Shown piece after piece: positions 1-13,296 of a DNA stretch of 50,000 bases (the first letter of the stretch is position 1; every line of letters begins with the position of its first letter). The notes under the pieces were generated by a model. It saw nothing but the letters and a program-made list of their open reading frames with translations. It made no database searches and was not told the origin of the DNA. Made by a program: the position numbers and the translations under genes. The DNA comes from Chiloscyllium plagiosum (Eukaryota). The DNA lies in contig NW_025214736.1 of the NCBI RefSeq assembly GCF_004010195.1, positions 1 to 50,000 of the forward strand, read 5' to 3'.

Positions 1-293
1 GCTGGTTGCAGGACCTGCTATTGTGTATAATTTACATCTGCAATTTCAGAAACTTGATGCAATATTATTATATCTGCCAATTTTATCAAATAAGTATGGA
101 TGCAATTAGAAAAAAAGCAGTAAAAAGATTAGAGATCAATTTGAACACAACAAGGGAAGACAGAACAATATAAACTGAGATTTACTTCATCCAGTATATA
201 TCAAGTCCATTGAAAAGACAAGAGATAAATACATATTCAATGAATGAAGACAAATAGCTATGAACTAAAAGGTGCATAGGAGTCTTGTCAACT

Positions 294-1640
294 CATAGAA
301 ACATAGTAAATAGGAAAAGGCTTTAGCCATTCAGCCCTTCAAGCCACTCAATATGATCACAAGTGATTAATGAACTCAGTACCACATTCAGGCTTTCTCC
401 CTACATCCTTTGATCCTGATCCCAACGAAAACAGTTTCTCTCTAACTGCTCTATCCAGACTTCTCATGAGATTGACTAGCTCTGTCTAATTTCCTCTCAA
501 TCTTCTCTTCTTCGAGGAAACCGATTCTCCGGTTTACCTGCCTAACTGAATTTCCTCACGGCTGAGAGTATTCTCATGAAGCTTTTCTGCAATATCTCTA
601 ATGTAGTAGTGTAGTGCCCAGAACTGAATGCAATATTCCTATTGAGGCTGAATGTTCTATACCAGTTCAAAATAATCTCCTTGCTTTCATACTCAAAACA
701 GCTTTCAATCCAGCCTAGAATGCTAAATTTTATAATAACCATTCTCTCAACTATTCCTACCTCCTTCAATAATTTGTACACATATACATCCGGTCCCTTT
801 GCTCCTGCATCATGTTAGACTTGCATTCTTTTACTTTTATTACCTATTTAATACCTCCCCTTTATCGATTCTCAGCCCTTGAAGTGTCTGAATTTGTGCC
901 AATGTTCCGATTATAGTGTACCATCTTTTCTTAATATTAGTTCAATATGCATCACTTCACCTTCTCTGCATTGAACTCTATCAGTCATGCTTCTGCTTTT
1001 TTCACCTTCCTGTCTGTATTATCCTGATGTCCATAGCTATCCTTATCACTATCTATTATCTTGCTAAATTTTATTTTGGTTTTTATTTTGCTAAATCATT
1101 TACAGACTTGATGGGCTGGAAGGTCTCCTGCTCTTACATCTTATAGTCTTTATAGCAGTACTCTCTACATCAGAGTCTAGGTCAATAATAAAAACTGTAA
1201 ATGGCAATGAGTTCAAAAACTGACCCCTGAGGAAGGTTACAGTGAACACCTCCCAGTCCAAAAAGCATTAATTGACCGATGCCTTTCAAATTAAAAAAAA
1301 AGTGTGTCCCTTATATTTGTTTTCAATGTTCTTCACGCCACAAATATTAAGCCAATACATTCCCAGTTTACCACGCTTCCCTCCCTTCAGTGAAGATGTA
1401 AAGGCATTAGAAAGCACATAGAGGAGTTTTAGCAGAATGTCAACAGGCATGATAAACTCACTTCTGAGGAGCAGTTGGAAAACTATGCTCCATAAACCAG
1501 AAAGACTTAAAGGATGATAATGGCTTTTAGGATGATGGAAGATTTGATGAAGCATCTCTTAAAAAACATTAGCAACCCTCCTTGCTGCTGGCAACATTTC
1601 TTTACACAGTGACAATTAAAAGATTCTTACCAACGCCTTT
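294..1640 (-). mobile_element. Degraded CR1-type LINE fragments
   Basis: A CR1 3' tail near 294-420 and decayed RT-like translation (ORF 542-781 ...YESKEIILNWYRTF...FSSGHY). Confidence 0.6.
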
Positions 1641-1734
1641 ACAATACCTAATTTCCTTCTTTCCGTAGCCTAGTGTGTGCTCAACTTGGCTCAGGTAATG
1701 CTAACCTTAGGAATGTCCTCTCTATGTATTCTTA

Positions 1735-2436
1735 GTCATAAAGATGTACAGCATGGAAACAGACCCTTCACTCCTACCCATCCATGCCGACCAGATATCT
1801 CAACCCAATCTAGTCCCACCCGCCAGCACCCGACCCATATCCCTCCAAACTCTTCCTATTCATATACCCATCCAAATGCCTCTTAAATGTTGCAATTGTA
1901 CCAGCCTCCACTACATCCTCTGGCAGCTCATTCCATACACGTACCACCCTCTGCGTGAAAACGTTGCCCCTTAGGTCTCTTTTATATCTTTCCCCTCTCA
2001 CCCTAAACCTATGCCCTCGAATTCTGGAATCCACGACCCCCTGGAAAAGTCTTTGTCTATTTATCCTATCTATGCCCCTCATAATTTTGTGAACCTCTAT
2101 AAGGTCACCCCTCAGCCTCCAACGCTCCAAGGAAAACAGCCCATAGCTCAGCCTCTCCCCATAGCTCAGATCCTCCAACCCTGGCAACATCCTTATAAAT
2201 CTTTTCTGAACCTTTTCAAGTTTCACAACATCTTTCCGATAGGAAGGAGACCAGAATTGCACGCAATATTCCAACAGTGGCCTAACCAATGTCCTGTACA
2301 GCCGCAACATGACCTCCCAACTCCTGTACTCAATACTCTGACCAATAAAGGAAAGCATACCAAACACCTTCTTCATTATCCTTTCTACCTGCGACTCCAT
2401 TTTCAAGGAGCTATGAACCTGCACTCCAAGGTCTCT
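1735..2436 (-). mobile_element. CR1/HER1 LINE 3' end, young copy
   Basis: Uninterrupted 204-aa ORF2 C-terminus (LYRTLVRPLLEYCVQFWSP...LERWRLRGDLIEV...FTQRVVRVWNELP) followed by the typical 3' UTR. Confidence 0.95.
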
Positions 2437-2523
2437 TATTCTGCTGTTATTCTTATTCTGCTCATAACTGTTATTAGATAGACTCTATACATACTCTGCC
2501 AATTAAGTTACACAACACCTTAC

Positions 2524-2625
2524 CTGAATTGGCGTTTTCATCTCCAGACACACCAGAGCTTCCATTTTCTAGTTGACTATCATTTGAACTGCAGATACTT
2601 GTCTCTGCTAAATCATGAACAGATT
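2524..2625 (-). CDS. IFIH1: MDA5 exon 4 (Ser-rich linker), 102 nt; not in the ORF track
   Basis: Acceptor tttccctttttccaacag|AA and donor TCAG|gtaagg, phase 1 to 1. ESVHDLAETSICSSNDSQLENGSSGVSGDENANS resembles human exon 4 [35 protein letters not shown]. Confidence 0.88.
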
Positions 2626-3057
2626 CTGTTGGAAAAAGGGAAACAATTGCTAGTAATAATTTCTTAATCCTATAAAATAAAGTTCAATATGCCTTACGTT
2701 ATACATGAATGCCATCATTTTCCAATACAATACATTGATATGTAGAAGTTACATTTTACCCTGAAGGACAAGAATCAAAAGCATCATAAAATACAAGGAA
2801 AGAGATAGAGAGGAAAAAAATCATCTGGTCCTTTGAGGTTTCCTAAATTGGCATGGTGTTCACAAAATTGCTACACCCACGCCCATTTGAATACAACATT
2901 CTGAGAAACACAAATGGAAAAAGACGTTTTGACTGATTTTGGGGAAAGATAGAAATTGCTCTCTAATTTCTGTAAAAGTCTAAGAAAACTTAAACAGTCT
3001 TTGATGGCTGGGTGACATATCCCCAAAGAGCTATCCATATTCTATACATTGATATAA

Positions 3058-4918
3058 AGGCATAGAGTCCTACAGCATGGAGACAGGCTCTTCAACCCAA
3101 ACTGGTCCATGCTGATCAAAATGTCCAACCATGCTAACCCATTTCCCTGCACTTGGCCCATATCCTTCTAAACCTTTCCTATCCATGCATTTATTCAAAT
3201 ACCTCTTAAATGTTGTTAATGTACCTGCCTCAACTACGTCCACTTGCAGTTTATTCCATAAGAATAACACCCTCTGTGTAAGAAAGTGGCCCCTCAGGTT
3301 CCTTTTTATTCTCTCCCCTCTAACCTTAAACTGATGCCCTCTAGTCCTTGATTCTCCAACCCTGGGAAAAAGACTGAGTGCATTCACCCTATCCATGCCT
3401 CTCATGATCTTATACACTTCCAGAAGACTGCCCCTCAGACTCCTACATTCTGTCCAACCTCTTCCTATAACTCAGTCCCTTGAGTCCTTACAACATCCTT
3501 GTAAATTTTTTCTGCACTCTTTCCAGTTTAATAACATCCTTCATACAGCAAGCTGACCAAAACTGAACACAGTACTCCAAGTGTGACCTTACCAATGTCC
3601 TGTACAACTGCAACATAACTTCCCAACTTCTATATGCAATGCCCTGAATGATGAAGGCCAGTGTGCCAAAAGCCTGCTTCACTGCCCTGTCTACCCGTGA
3701 CTCCACTTTCAGAGAACCATGCGTCTGAACTCCAAGGTCCCTCTGTTCCACTACATTCCTTAAGGCCCTACCATTCATTATGGAACTCCCACCTTGATTT
3801 GACTTTCCAAAATGCAACACCTCACACTTATCTGTATTCAACTCTATTTGCTATTTCTTGGCCCATTTCCCCAGCAGATCAAGGTCCTGCTGCAATTTCT
3901 GATAACCTTCATCTTGACCACGATACTCCTATGTTAGTGTCTTCAACAAACTTACTAATCACGCCTTATACATTCTCATCCAAATCATTGATACAGATAA
4001 CAAACAGCAATGGGCCCAGCATCGACCCAAGGCACAGCACTACTCACAGGCCTCCAGTCCAAAAAGCATCCTTCCACTATTACCCTTTGTTTCCTAATAT
4101 CAAGCCAATTGTGTATCCAATTTGCCAGCTCTCCCTGGATTCCATGCGATCTAATCTTCCAGAGCAGCTTACCATGTGGAACGTTAGCAAAGGCCTTACT
4201 GAAATCCATTTAGACTACATCTACCACCCCCCCGCCCCCCCACATCAATCATCCTGGTTACTTCATCAAAGGACTCTAACAATTTGTGAGGAATGATCTT
4301 CCACGCACAAAGCCATACTAACTACACCTAATCAAACCCTGTCTTTCCAAATGCATATCCCTCAGAACCTTCTCACATAACTTACCTATCATAGATGTTA
4401 AGCTTACTGGTATATAATTCCCATGTTTTTCTTTGCAGCTCTTTTTGAATAATGGCACAACATTCACTACCCTCCAGTCTTCCTGGACCTCACCTGGACC
4501 TCACCTGCAGCTAACGATGCTGCAACTTTATAAGCCAGGGCCCCCACAATTTCTTCTCTAGCCTCTCACATGTTTTTCTTTGCAGCTCTTTTTGAATAAT
4601 GGCACAACATTCACTACCCTCCAGTCTTCCTGGACCTCACCTGTAGCTAACGATGCTGCAACTTTATAAGCCAGGGCCCCCACAATTTCTTCTCTAGCCT
4701 CTCACAGTGTTCTTGGATATATCTGGTCCAGACCGGGAGATTTATTCACCTTCATACATTCGAACACATCCAACACCTCCTCTACTGTGATGTGACTGTC
4801 CCCAAAATATCACCATTAACTTCCCCAAGTTCCCAAGACTTCATGTCTTTCTCCACGGTAAACACAGAGGAGAAATATTCACTGAGGACCTCGCCTATCT
4901 CCTGTGGTTCTACACATA
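3058..4918 (-). mobile_element. CR1/HER1 LINE, RT region, frameshifted
   Basis: ORF pieces MDFSKAF..VPHGKL, KCEVLHFG, LEYCVQFWS and RTRGHQFKVRG are in the expected order. Confidence 0.93.
4422..4704. repeat. Tandem duplication of ~136 bp inside the CR1
   Basis: catgtttttctttgcagctc...tctagcctctca occurs at 4422-4568 and 4569-4704, nearly identical. The first copy has an extra 11-nt cctggacctca. Confidence 0.95.
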
Positions 4919-5555
4919 TGATGGCACTGTCAAGAATGCAGTTGAATCCCTTTTGAACGTTGGCTGCAAATCCACACACAATGCATAAATCAGTAACTTA
5001 TCACACAAATCAATGACTTTCTGTGCTTCTTACCAGCTAACCTAGTTCCATGTTGTCAGTTTTTCTCCACACTTCCCTAAACTAAAATGGTTCTTAGTCC
5101 AATCTGGTAGTTGGAGGTCCTTAGAAGAGGCAGTAATTTGCAGTTGTGGTACAAGAACAAGATCTCTAAGGGGACTTTCCAGGATGCCTGTAAGACCATC
5201 AAATGGGTGCAAGACAGCAGAAGAAATACAAGGCATGAGGTGAAGGGAAATGGAGGAGAGCAAGCCATTCACTTTTATAAATTAACACCAGTTTTATAAT
5301 CCAGCACTAGACTCCCATTTGCAAAATTATTGAATATTCAGCATTCTGCCTCCGCAGTGAGTTAGCAGGAGGGGAGAGATGGTGGGAGGTCAGCCACTCT
5401 TGTGATACTTCAGTACATTCCACTTGGACTCATGCAGTAAGCAAGTGTCAATGTAAGCTGTCTGGCCAGCTGCATTTTCTGTTTGTAGTCATCTCTTGTT
5501 GAATTGAATCCTATAATTGTGTTAATTACACAAAACTTCCAAACTTCTGTATTCA

Positions 5556-6120
5556 TAAAAAAACTTACATACATACACAGTTACTGAAGCAGTTCTGTAC
5601 AGTCTTTGCACATAAAGAACAAACAAACATTGGAATTTGGCATTCCCTGCAGTTGCAAAAAACCTAACGCATTTCTTACTTACATAGGGCTATATTTACA
5701 TATACTTGAGGCACCAAGAGGGTCTAATAACTGAATCGATTTCCCTGTTTTACTTTGGCAGAAACACACTGGATAGATCTTGCGGTAGCTGCCCCAAGCT
5801 TTAGTGTGTCACTCAGCATATAGTCCTGGACCTTGGAATGTGCCAGTCTGCAATCCTAGGTCAAGGTCAACTCCACTGAGCTGATAATCTTCCAAGTGCA
5901 ATCGATATTTGGCTTGGTGTGCATCCCGGGGAATAGTCCACAGGCCACAGAGTCCCATGTCATGGAGCTGTTCTGGACAAACCTCAACAAAACCCACTGC
6001 ATCTCTCGCCAGACCTTCTTTGCAAAGGCATATTCCGGAAGGGGATGTGTGACAGTCTCTCCCTCTGCCTCGCCCCTGTCCCAACCCAGCAGCCACTTCA
6101 GGAAAGCTTCCAACATGTTG
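5556..6120 (-). mobile_element. Tx1/L1-clade LINE 3' fragment
   Basis: ETVTHPLPEYAFAKKVWREMQW...DSV..GLFPG.H...CRLAHSKVQDY.L.D.LKLGAA resembles the decayed zf-RVT C-terminus of fish and shark Tx1 elements. Confidence 0.75.
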
Positions 6121-6629
6121 CAATAATATTAGCTTTTTCCAAGATTAAATATCACTGAGAAACTGGGTTGGTTTTGTACACTTATTCCAAGGAAGTTACT
6201 TTCAAGTGAATATTCAAGACTAGAGGAAATAACTGAGCATGTTTATGAAAATTTTTTTTTAAATAATAACCTACTTTTAACCTGTTAAACATCTATATCA
6301 GGTAAACCTGCTGTTACTCATTGAACAATAGATGATTTAGATATGATTTGTGAAATGATTGTATAAGTGTATCAATAATAGGCTGTTCAATTTTAAATGG
6401 GGTTAGAAGGTTAGTAAAGTCAGAGTTATCCCTCATCTCTGGTTTGTTTGTTCTACTTCATTCCTGTCGATGTCAGTGAAAAAGTCCACAAATTATTGTT
6501 CAATGTAATGATTTGTTATCTTAAATTCATTATTAAATCAGTCTTTACAGGCAGCACTTTTGTGTTTTCATTATAATCAAAATGGACATTCATGATTATT
6601 AACCAGTTGGAAAAGAGGTCTTTCTGAAA

Positions 6630-6755
6630 ACAGATCACTGAACGTGAAACAGTAACTCTGCTTTCTCTCCACAGATGCTACTAGACAATCTGAGTTTCTT
6701 CAGCAATTTGTTTTTGTTTCAAATTTCCAGCATCTGCAATTCTTTGTTATTTTGT
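6630..6755 (+). mobile_element. Short Penelope-tail-derived repeat
   Basis: ctgaa...gaaac..taactctgctttctctccacagatgct...ttccagcatctgca shares its end with the element tail at 49960-50000. Confidence 0.65.
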
Positions 6756-7619
6756 CCTTTAATCAAGATACTTGAGGATCACTACTCAAGTGGACTACCT
6801 TTGAAATAAAGTGCCATCATGTGAAGCTGCCAAAACTGGACATAGTATTCTATATGTGGCCTGGATAAGTTCTTATGCAAAGTAGAAACAGTATATCTTG
6901 CTTAGATTTAATTGTCTTGCTTTGATATTTCAGAATTTTATCACTTTCACGATAGTCTTGTGGACCTTGACTGATTTGCTCTGTAACCCCTGAATTGTTT
7001 TCCTTCTCAGCAATTGTGATTATGCAGTGTAGTGTTATACAATAATGTGTTTATCTTCTTAGCAGTAATATTGCATTTTGAAAGTAATTCAGTGCCTGTA
7101 ATAACTTAAGACATAAATGTCTGAGACGTGTTTTATAAATCAAAGAGATCTACTGACAAAGTTCCAAAACTTGCATCAGCAATTATATCTGTCAACCAAC
7201 ATTTTATCTTGCAACATTATCAAACCTGGCTACGCCTTGATCTTTCAGAAGGCTAGAAATACCAAATGTGCATGCACAGTGGTATACAGTCAGATGGGAA
7301 TAACCCTAGGAATGCCCATTTTCTCTGGATCCCATGAAATCTCATAACTTCAGGTCAAACAAGGTCAATTCAAATTGCTGATTACCACCTGCTGCACTCC
7401 CTTGAACTGATATATCAATCCTCCCTCTGATTAAACATTACTTGGAGGAATGTCTGAGAGAGGTAAAAACACAAGAACACATTCAAGGTGAAGGTGATGG
7501 CTCTGTGTCTACCAGAGTGGCCCACTGAGATTCCCACAGTCAGTTACAGCAGGTGTCCACAAGAGACACAGAACAGATAGAAATCAATGAGAAACTTAGT
7601 CTAGTAGAAAGGAGATGGG

Positions 7620-7950
7620 ACAGTGGGAATGTCACTGGGCCAGTAATGCAGAGTCCCAGGGCAATAATCCGGGAATGTGAGTTTGAAATCCCACCATAGG
7701 ACCTATAGGATTTGAATTTATTAGAAGTATAGAATAAAAAAAATGACCGTACAACCGATGTCAATTATCTTATAAAACCGTCTGGTTAACTCATGTCCTT
7801 TACTGAAGGAAATCTGCTGTCCTTATCCATTCAGGTTTACGTGCAACTCCAGATCCACAATAATGTGGTTGACTTTTAACTGCTCTCTGGGCAATTAGAG
7901 ATGGGCAATAAATACGGACCCAGCCAGTGATGCTCATATCCCATAACAGA
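7620..7950 (+). mobile_element. tRNA-derived shark SINE (family B in this window)
   Basis: Head with gagtttgaaatcccaccat, body gaaggaaatctgctgtccttatc...ctgggcaattagagatgggcaataaat. Related copies at 29625 and 36020. Confidence 0.7.
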
Positions 7951-8189
7951 CGAAAAAAACTAATAGGATTCAAAACTTTAAACTTAAGTCTATACAGCAT
8001 ATTGACCAAAGGTGGGAGATTGAAACAAGAATTTGGAAATATGCCTGAAGAGAAATACAACAAAGATGTTTTGGAGGGGGGGGGGGGGAATACAAAAATC
8101 ACCCACCAAAGTCAAAGTCATTCTGCAGTGCCACAGAGTGGTCAGGTTCTGAAAATGCATACAAACCTTAGCTACCTATTACTCCAAAG

Positions 8190-8560
8190 GAGAGACAGTA
8201 AGTATTACAATGTCAGAGGTACTATATTTCAAATAAGGTGCTGAAATGAATCCCTAACTGCATTCTTAATTATTTAAATTTAATTTAACTTAAAATTTTG
8301 AAGGTGCAATGTCATTGTATGACAAAGATTAAATGAAATCTCCTGATATGTTGGCCAATGTTTATCCTTCAGGCAGCTTCACCAAAATATATTACTTAAA
8401 TTTTTATCCCATCGCTGGTTATGGGACATTAGTGTGTACAAAGTGGTGCTGTGCTTCCCAACATTCGACGATGGCTACATTACAGAAGTATATAATTGTT
8501 TGTGAGACATTTTGAACAATTCAAAAATTATGGGATGAATCAAATTAATGCAAATGAAGT
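8190..8560 (+). mobile_element. Old Deu-domain-like SINE (SacSINE1-like)
   Basis: tctcctgat.tg.tggccaatgtttatcc.tca and a tail resembling aagta...attg...gtga..ca.tttg. A similar copy lies at 35430-35812. Confidence 0.5.
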
Positions 8561-9339
8561 AGATTTTTCAAGAATGCCCTTTGAAACACAGAAAATCAGA
8601 ATACTTAATGGTACTCCACAACATACTGTAATATCATATTACATAATTTAATGTCTTTTAGGAGTAAAACATCAAATGCATAGGCTTAGTTGTAGTAAGA
8701 ACACAGATTAAAATATCATTTCCAGTAATTTTTCATTCATTAATCTTAAATTTGTTGGTTAGGAACTGATAAATGTAGTGCACACACCTATACTTAACAT
8801 ATGAGAATTCTGAACCTATTGTCTCACCTCACTAAAATTTCGTCATGACCACAGATAATAATCCTAGATCACTTAGGGACGTAATGAACTTTTAATTCCA
8901 ATTGGTGTTTTGTAACAGAAGAAGTTACAGCTAAAAGATGACAACTTATGTAAATTCATTGGCTGTCTGGAGAGGAAATTTGGAATGTTACACCTGAAGG
9001 TGTCAAGGAAGTTTCAAACACAGAAATACATCACCAGCAGACATGAAATCTCCTGTGTATATCTCAGACTGTGAATATGATGGGAGAAAAGATAATGAAC
9101 TGGGTGGACATATTATTTTCATTTCCCCTTTTCAAGAATACATTGAGTCTACTGTGAAGTTTTAACCTTGATATATGTATGTATTCATGGGATCAGGTGC
9201 TTACGTGCGTTAGTGGGCTGAATACTTGTGTTTATTAGCTTTGGCCTGAGCACTAGTGTTTTGTCAAAGTCAAAGAATTAACTAATAGCCACCCCTGCAT
9301 TACAGTTTCTCTCACCTTGAGTGCTGCAAGTCAGTTATT

Positions 9340-9560
9340 ATTGCTACTTGTCTATTAGCTTCACCTTACAGGTCTGTTCTTTCGCTGACAATACAGATAA
9401 TCTTCTTTAATGCAAAGTAAAAAGTGTGCTTCAGTGAGCCACTCATCTCTTAAATAAGTATCTGAATTTTAATTCATATCATTTTTACTTTAAGCCACTG
9501 CCAAGTAAGATTTTTAAGCATTTATTGTAGTTTCAGATCAGGTTTTCTTTTGCTCTCCTA
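9340..9560. repeat. ~220-bp direct repeat, copy 1
   Basis: Aligns end to end with 10900-11119, with identical blocks gctgacaatacagataatcttctttaatgcaaagtaaa and tctcttaaataagtatctgaattttaattcatatca. Confidence 0.92.
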
Positions 9561-9739
9561 TTTGGTGAGCTAGCTTAAAAGGAACCAGGATAAAAGGGGA
9601 ACCAGAAACCAGCTAACTTCCAAGGCCAAGAATCTCAAAATAGCCTGCTCAACTATTAACACTGTACTTTCATCTCATGTCAACTCACTTCTCAATTAAC
9701 ACTGACTAAGTAGCCTGACAGCACATACAGAGTGCAGGA

Positions 9740-10322
9740 ATCGAGTGAGATGGTAAAGCAGTAATGTTGTCGAGTGTTAGATTGTGGAATGTAAACATCC
9801 AGGTCAATGTTCAGTTCGGGATATCATACTTTAGTAATGAAGTCATGGTCTTAGAAAAGGTTGAGGTAGTATCAGGACTAAAATATTAGCAGGGATGCAG
9901 GACCTCAGTCATTTGCAGAGATCAGAAACTAATGTTGCACTCTTACATCAGGGAAGGCTAAAGGTTAACTTAATATAGGGGTACAAATCAAGAAGGAGTT
10001 TGGTAGAGTTGAACAAAAAGATACTATTTTAAATAATAGAAGAACCAATAACCAAAGGATATATATTTAAAATCATTCACAAAAGAATGAGAGGCAAAAT
10101 GAGGAGACATTTTCGCTCAGTAATCTTTACAATCTGGCATGCATTGCCTGAAACATTAATGAAAGTGTATTCAAGTTAATTATAGAATGTAAGTTTGAAA
10201 AGAAGAAAGTTTCAGAGCAATGGGGCGAAGATCAAGGAAATGGGTTTAATTTCACAGTTCCTTAAAAGAGCCAGTACAGGTATGATGGGCCAAATAGTCT
10301 GCTACTGCACAATTCTATGATT
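9740..10322 (+). mobile_element. Old CR1 LINE 3' fragment
   Basis: Decayed equivalents of the CVQF, RGDL, TRGH and WN.LP coding motifs and a gatgggccaaatagtct...ttctatga tail. Confidence 0.6.
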
Positions 10323-10696
10323 TTCTAATAATGTTCACATCAGTGTCTAAGACACTTCTTTGTTGTACCTGTGCAAACATCTTTATAATGCACTGTTGAA
10401 AGCAATATGTGGATTTACTTTTGACATATTTATCTGTGGTTTAATGATTGCTCTTTGTTCACCCTATTTCACAGAAAGACAAATTACAAATGCTGCATGT
10501 GTTTGCGGTCAGTAACTGCCCTCTGCTGGTTTTAAAATATAATGACACTCAAAAAATGCCACCTCTTGGAAGAACACAGCAACAGCAAACATCAATTCAA
10601 AAGTAAGACAATGCATTCAGATTTCTCCAAATGAGGAAATTCTTTGGTGTATAAATCATTGTAAACATGCATTATAAACCAAAATATATTTTAATG

Positions 10697-10800
10697 GGTT
10701 CTAAAGAAGGGTCACTGAACCCAAAATGTTAACTCTGCTTTCTCTTCACAGATGCTGCCAGTCCTGCTGAGTTTTTCCAGCAATTTCTGTTTTTATTTTA
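10697..10800 (+). mobile_element. Short Penelope-tail-derived repeat with decayed hammerhead
   Basis: gttctaaagaagggtcactgaacccaaaatgttaac is a mutated CTGAAGA-GGGTC..GACCC-GAAAC pattern, followed by cacagatgctgccag. Confidence 0.65.
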
Positions 10801-10899
10801 ACATAGTATAAAGTTTGGAATATTTTTAAAAGTTCTGTATTTGTTTGAATTGTGCAATATGGGCATCAGATCTTTATGTACTTCAGTTACAATCCCCTC

Positions 10900-11119
10900 A
10901 TTGCTACTCATCTATTAACTTCACCTTCCCAGTCTGTTCTTTAGCTGACAATACAGATAATCTTCTTTAATGCAAAGTAAAGAGTGTGCTTCAGTGTGCC
11001 ACACTTCTCTTAAATAAGTATCTGAATTTTAATTCATATCAGTTTCATTTTAAGCCACTGCCAAGTTAGATTTTTAAAAATTTAGTATAGTTTCAGATCA
11101 GGTCCTTTTTGCTCTCCTA
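10900..11119. repeat. ~220-bp direct repeat, copy 2
   Basis: Matches 9340-9560 at an offset of 1560 bp. Confidence 0.92.
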
Positions 11120-11489
11120 CTTGTTTCCTCTCGCCTGGCCTGCTAGCCCTTGGAAGTGAAGGCTTCCAGCTGTACACTCTGAATTACCCATGCCAACTGA
11201 TTCAATCTCTGCCCGAACTCATTGCTGACCATTCGCCTGCCTTATTTCACTCAGGTCTATCACCTACAGTGCACATGCCTGCTCACTTACACCCATCAGC
11301 TTTGTGCTTTGGCGGTAGTCGTCTATGGGAAGAGTACAGGTTTGACTGACAGTCAAAGAAGCACAGATCGTGACGGGATATGAAGCACTGTGGACTGACA
11401 GAATAATGGCCAGATGGGGTGAAATGTGAAAGAAGTAAAGAAGTGACAATGCAAGGCAACGTGGCCAAGTGGAGAGGACAGGTCGTTGA

Positions 11490-11820
11490 TTATATTACAT
11501 TACAGTGTGGAAACAGGCCCTTCGGCCCAACAAGTCCACACCGACCCGCCAAAGCGCAACCCACCCATACCCCTACATTTACCCCTTACCTAACACTATG
11601 GGTAATTTTAGCATGGCCAATTCACCTAACCTGCACATCTTTGGACTGTGGGAGGAAACCAGAGCACCCGGAGGAAACCCACGCAGACACGGGGAGAACG
11701 TGCAAACTCCACACAGTCAGTCGCCTGAGGCGGGAATTGAACCCGGGTCTCTGGCGCGGTGAGGCAGCAGTGCTAACCACTGTGCCACCGTGCCGCCCAC
11801 TGTGCCACCGTGCCGCCCAA
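11490..11820 (-). mobile_element. HE1-type (V-SINE) shark SINE, full length
   Basis: tRNA-like head ggcggcacggtggcacagtggttagcac...gggttcaattccc, central V domain gtgtggagtttgcacgttctccccgtgtctgcgtggg, and a HER1-like tail. The first 20 nt are duplicated in tandem (11779-11818). Flanking gttgatta is a probable target-site duplication. Confidence 0.93.
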
Positions 11821-13296
11821 TGTTGATTACATTGTTGCGAGTGAAGTTAGTGTTTGAAAGGAACAGAGAGAAAGCAAAACATAAGCAACAAGGGACTGAG
11901 GGAAGTGAGAAGATATGGAGGGTGTAGGTAATTTTGACACTGGGTGATACTGCAAAATGGACGATATTGATTGGAACCCATATGTTTTTATATCTCCCAA
12001 CTTTCATTTTGAAAATGAAATTCTGGAGAAACGTATAAGTGCATCTGAATCGATATGGCCCATAATGCACTAACACTCAAAGTCTAAATTAGCTAAAGTA
12101 CCTAGTTTAAATAGGAAGAGATTTGAAGTATAATTGGTTACAGAACTAGCAAGCTTGCAGGAGAGAGAGTCAAGAAGACAGCTACTGAGGCTGAGTTTCT
12201 TCTGCATTTGGCATTGACAAATGTGACCTGCAGTACATAGCACCTCCATACCTGGCATTTCAAGCAACATTTCTCATTCAAAAAGACAGGTGCAGTAGGA
12301 ATTAAATTAAGAGTGATGGAGACAGAGCTAGAATCGGAAAAATAAATGGAAGAAAAAAGAGAACAATGGAAAATGCAAATTAAAACAATAAAGAAAATAA
12401 GAAACGGGGAACAGATGAGAAAGTGTAATTGGGGTTGGAGAGGACAAATGGAAGTGGAAAGTTAAGGGATAGGAATCAAAAATATTTGTGGCAAGAGTTA
12501 GAAGAAACTTGTAAAAGAACACAGGAGGAATATGGGCAATATTTCAGTCAAGATTGAGGCTACATTTAGAATGCATGTCTTAGGGGAAGAATTCATTTAG
12601 GGGTGTAGCCCACAGGTCAGTTTTTCTAGTTTTGTACAGAATAAGGCTAGGGAGAAATGCACAATGGGGAAAAATGAAAACTTGAGGAGCCAGATAGAAC
12701 AAGTTTCAAGGAGGATGCATTTTGAAGGAACAGAAAAAACGTAGTATCCAGAATTGGAGGTGCATTCAGAAATACATCGACAATTCAGGTTGAGAGAGCA
12801 ATTTTGTTAAATTCTACTCCAAACAGATTTTCTAAAACTAAGAAATTTGCATTTTGTTTTAGATTAAAGACTAGGACTTTCCATCAGATGTAGGATGGTC
12901 TTATGCAAATTCCCTGTGTTCAGTGTGAAAGTTCTTTCCTGAATGTAACTGGGGGAAATGGTTTTGAAACACTTCTCTGATGATAATCTTTTGTGTAGGA
13001 TTTTTAACATAGAGAACAATTTCTAACTCCTTCAATAAAGGTGAAATTAAAAACTTGATACTAATCGAAAAAGAAATGGCTAAAGAGGTCAGTTTTAAAG
13101 AGGCACTTAAAAGAAGTCTGAAAGATGGGCAAGATGGGGGTGTTTTGGAAGGAAATTTCAGAGCATGAGATCCAGACCATTCAAGACTCAGACGCCTATA
13201 ATGGGGGGAAAGAGAAAAGAATGCACAAGATGTGAGATAAATAAAAGGAAATCTTCAGATGTTTATAAACAGAGAAAGATACATACAGGATGAAAC

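Noticed and set aside
11755..11820. tRNA-like A/B box sequence
   Set aside because: It is the head of an HE1 SINE, not a tRNA gene.
12250..12950. Purine-rich stretch resembling a decayed Gypsy gag region
   Set aside because: No diagnostic motif could be read.
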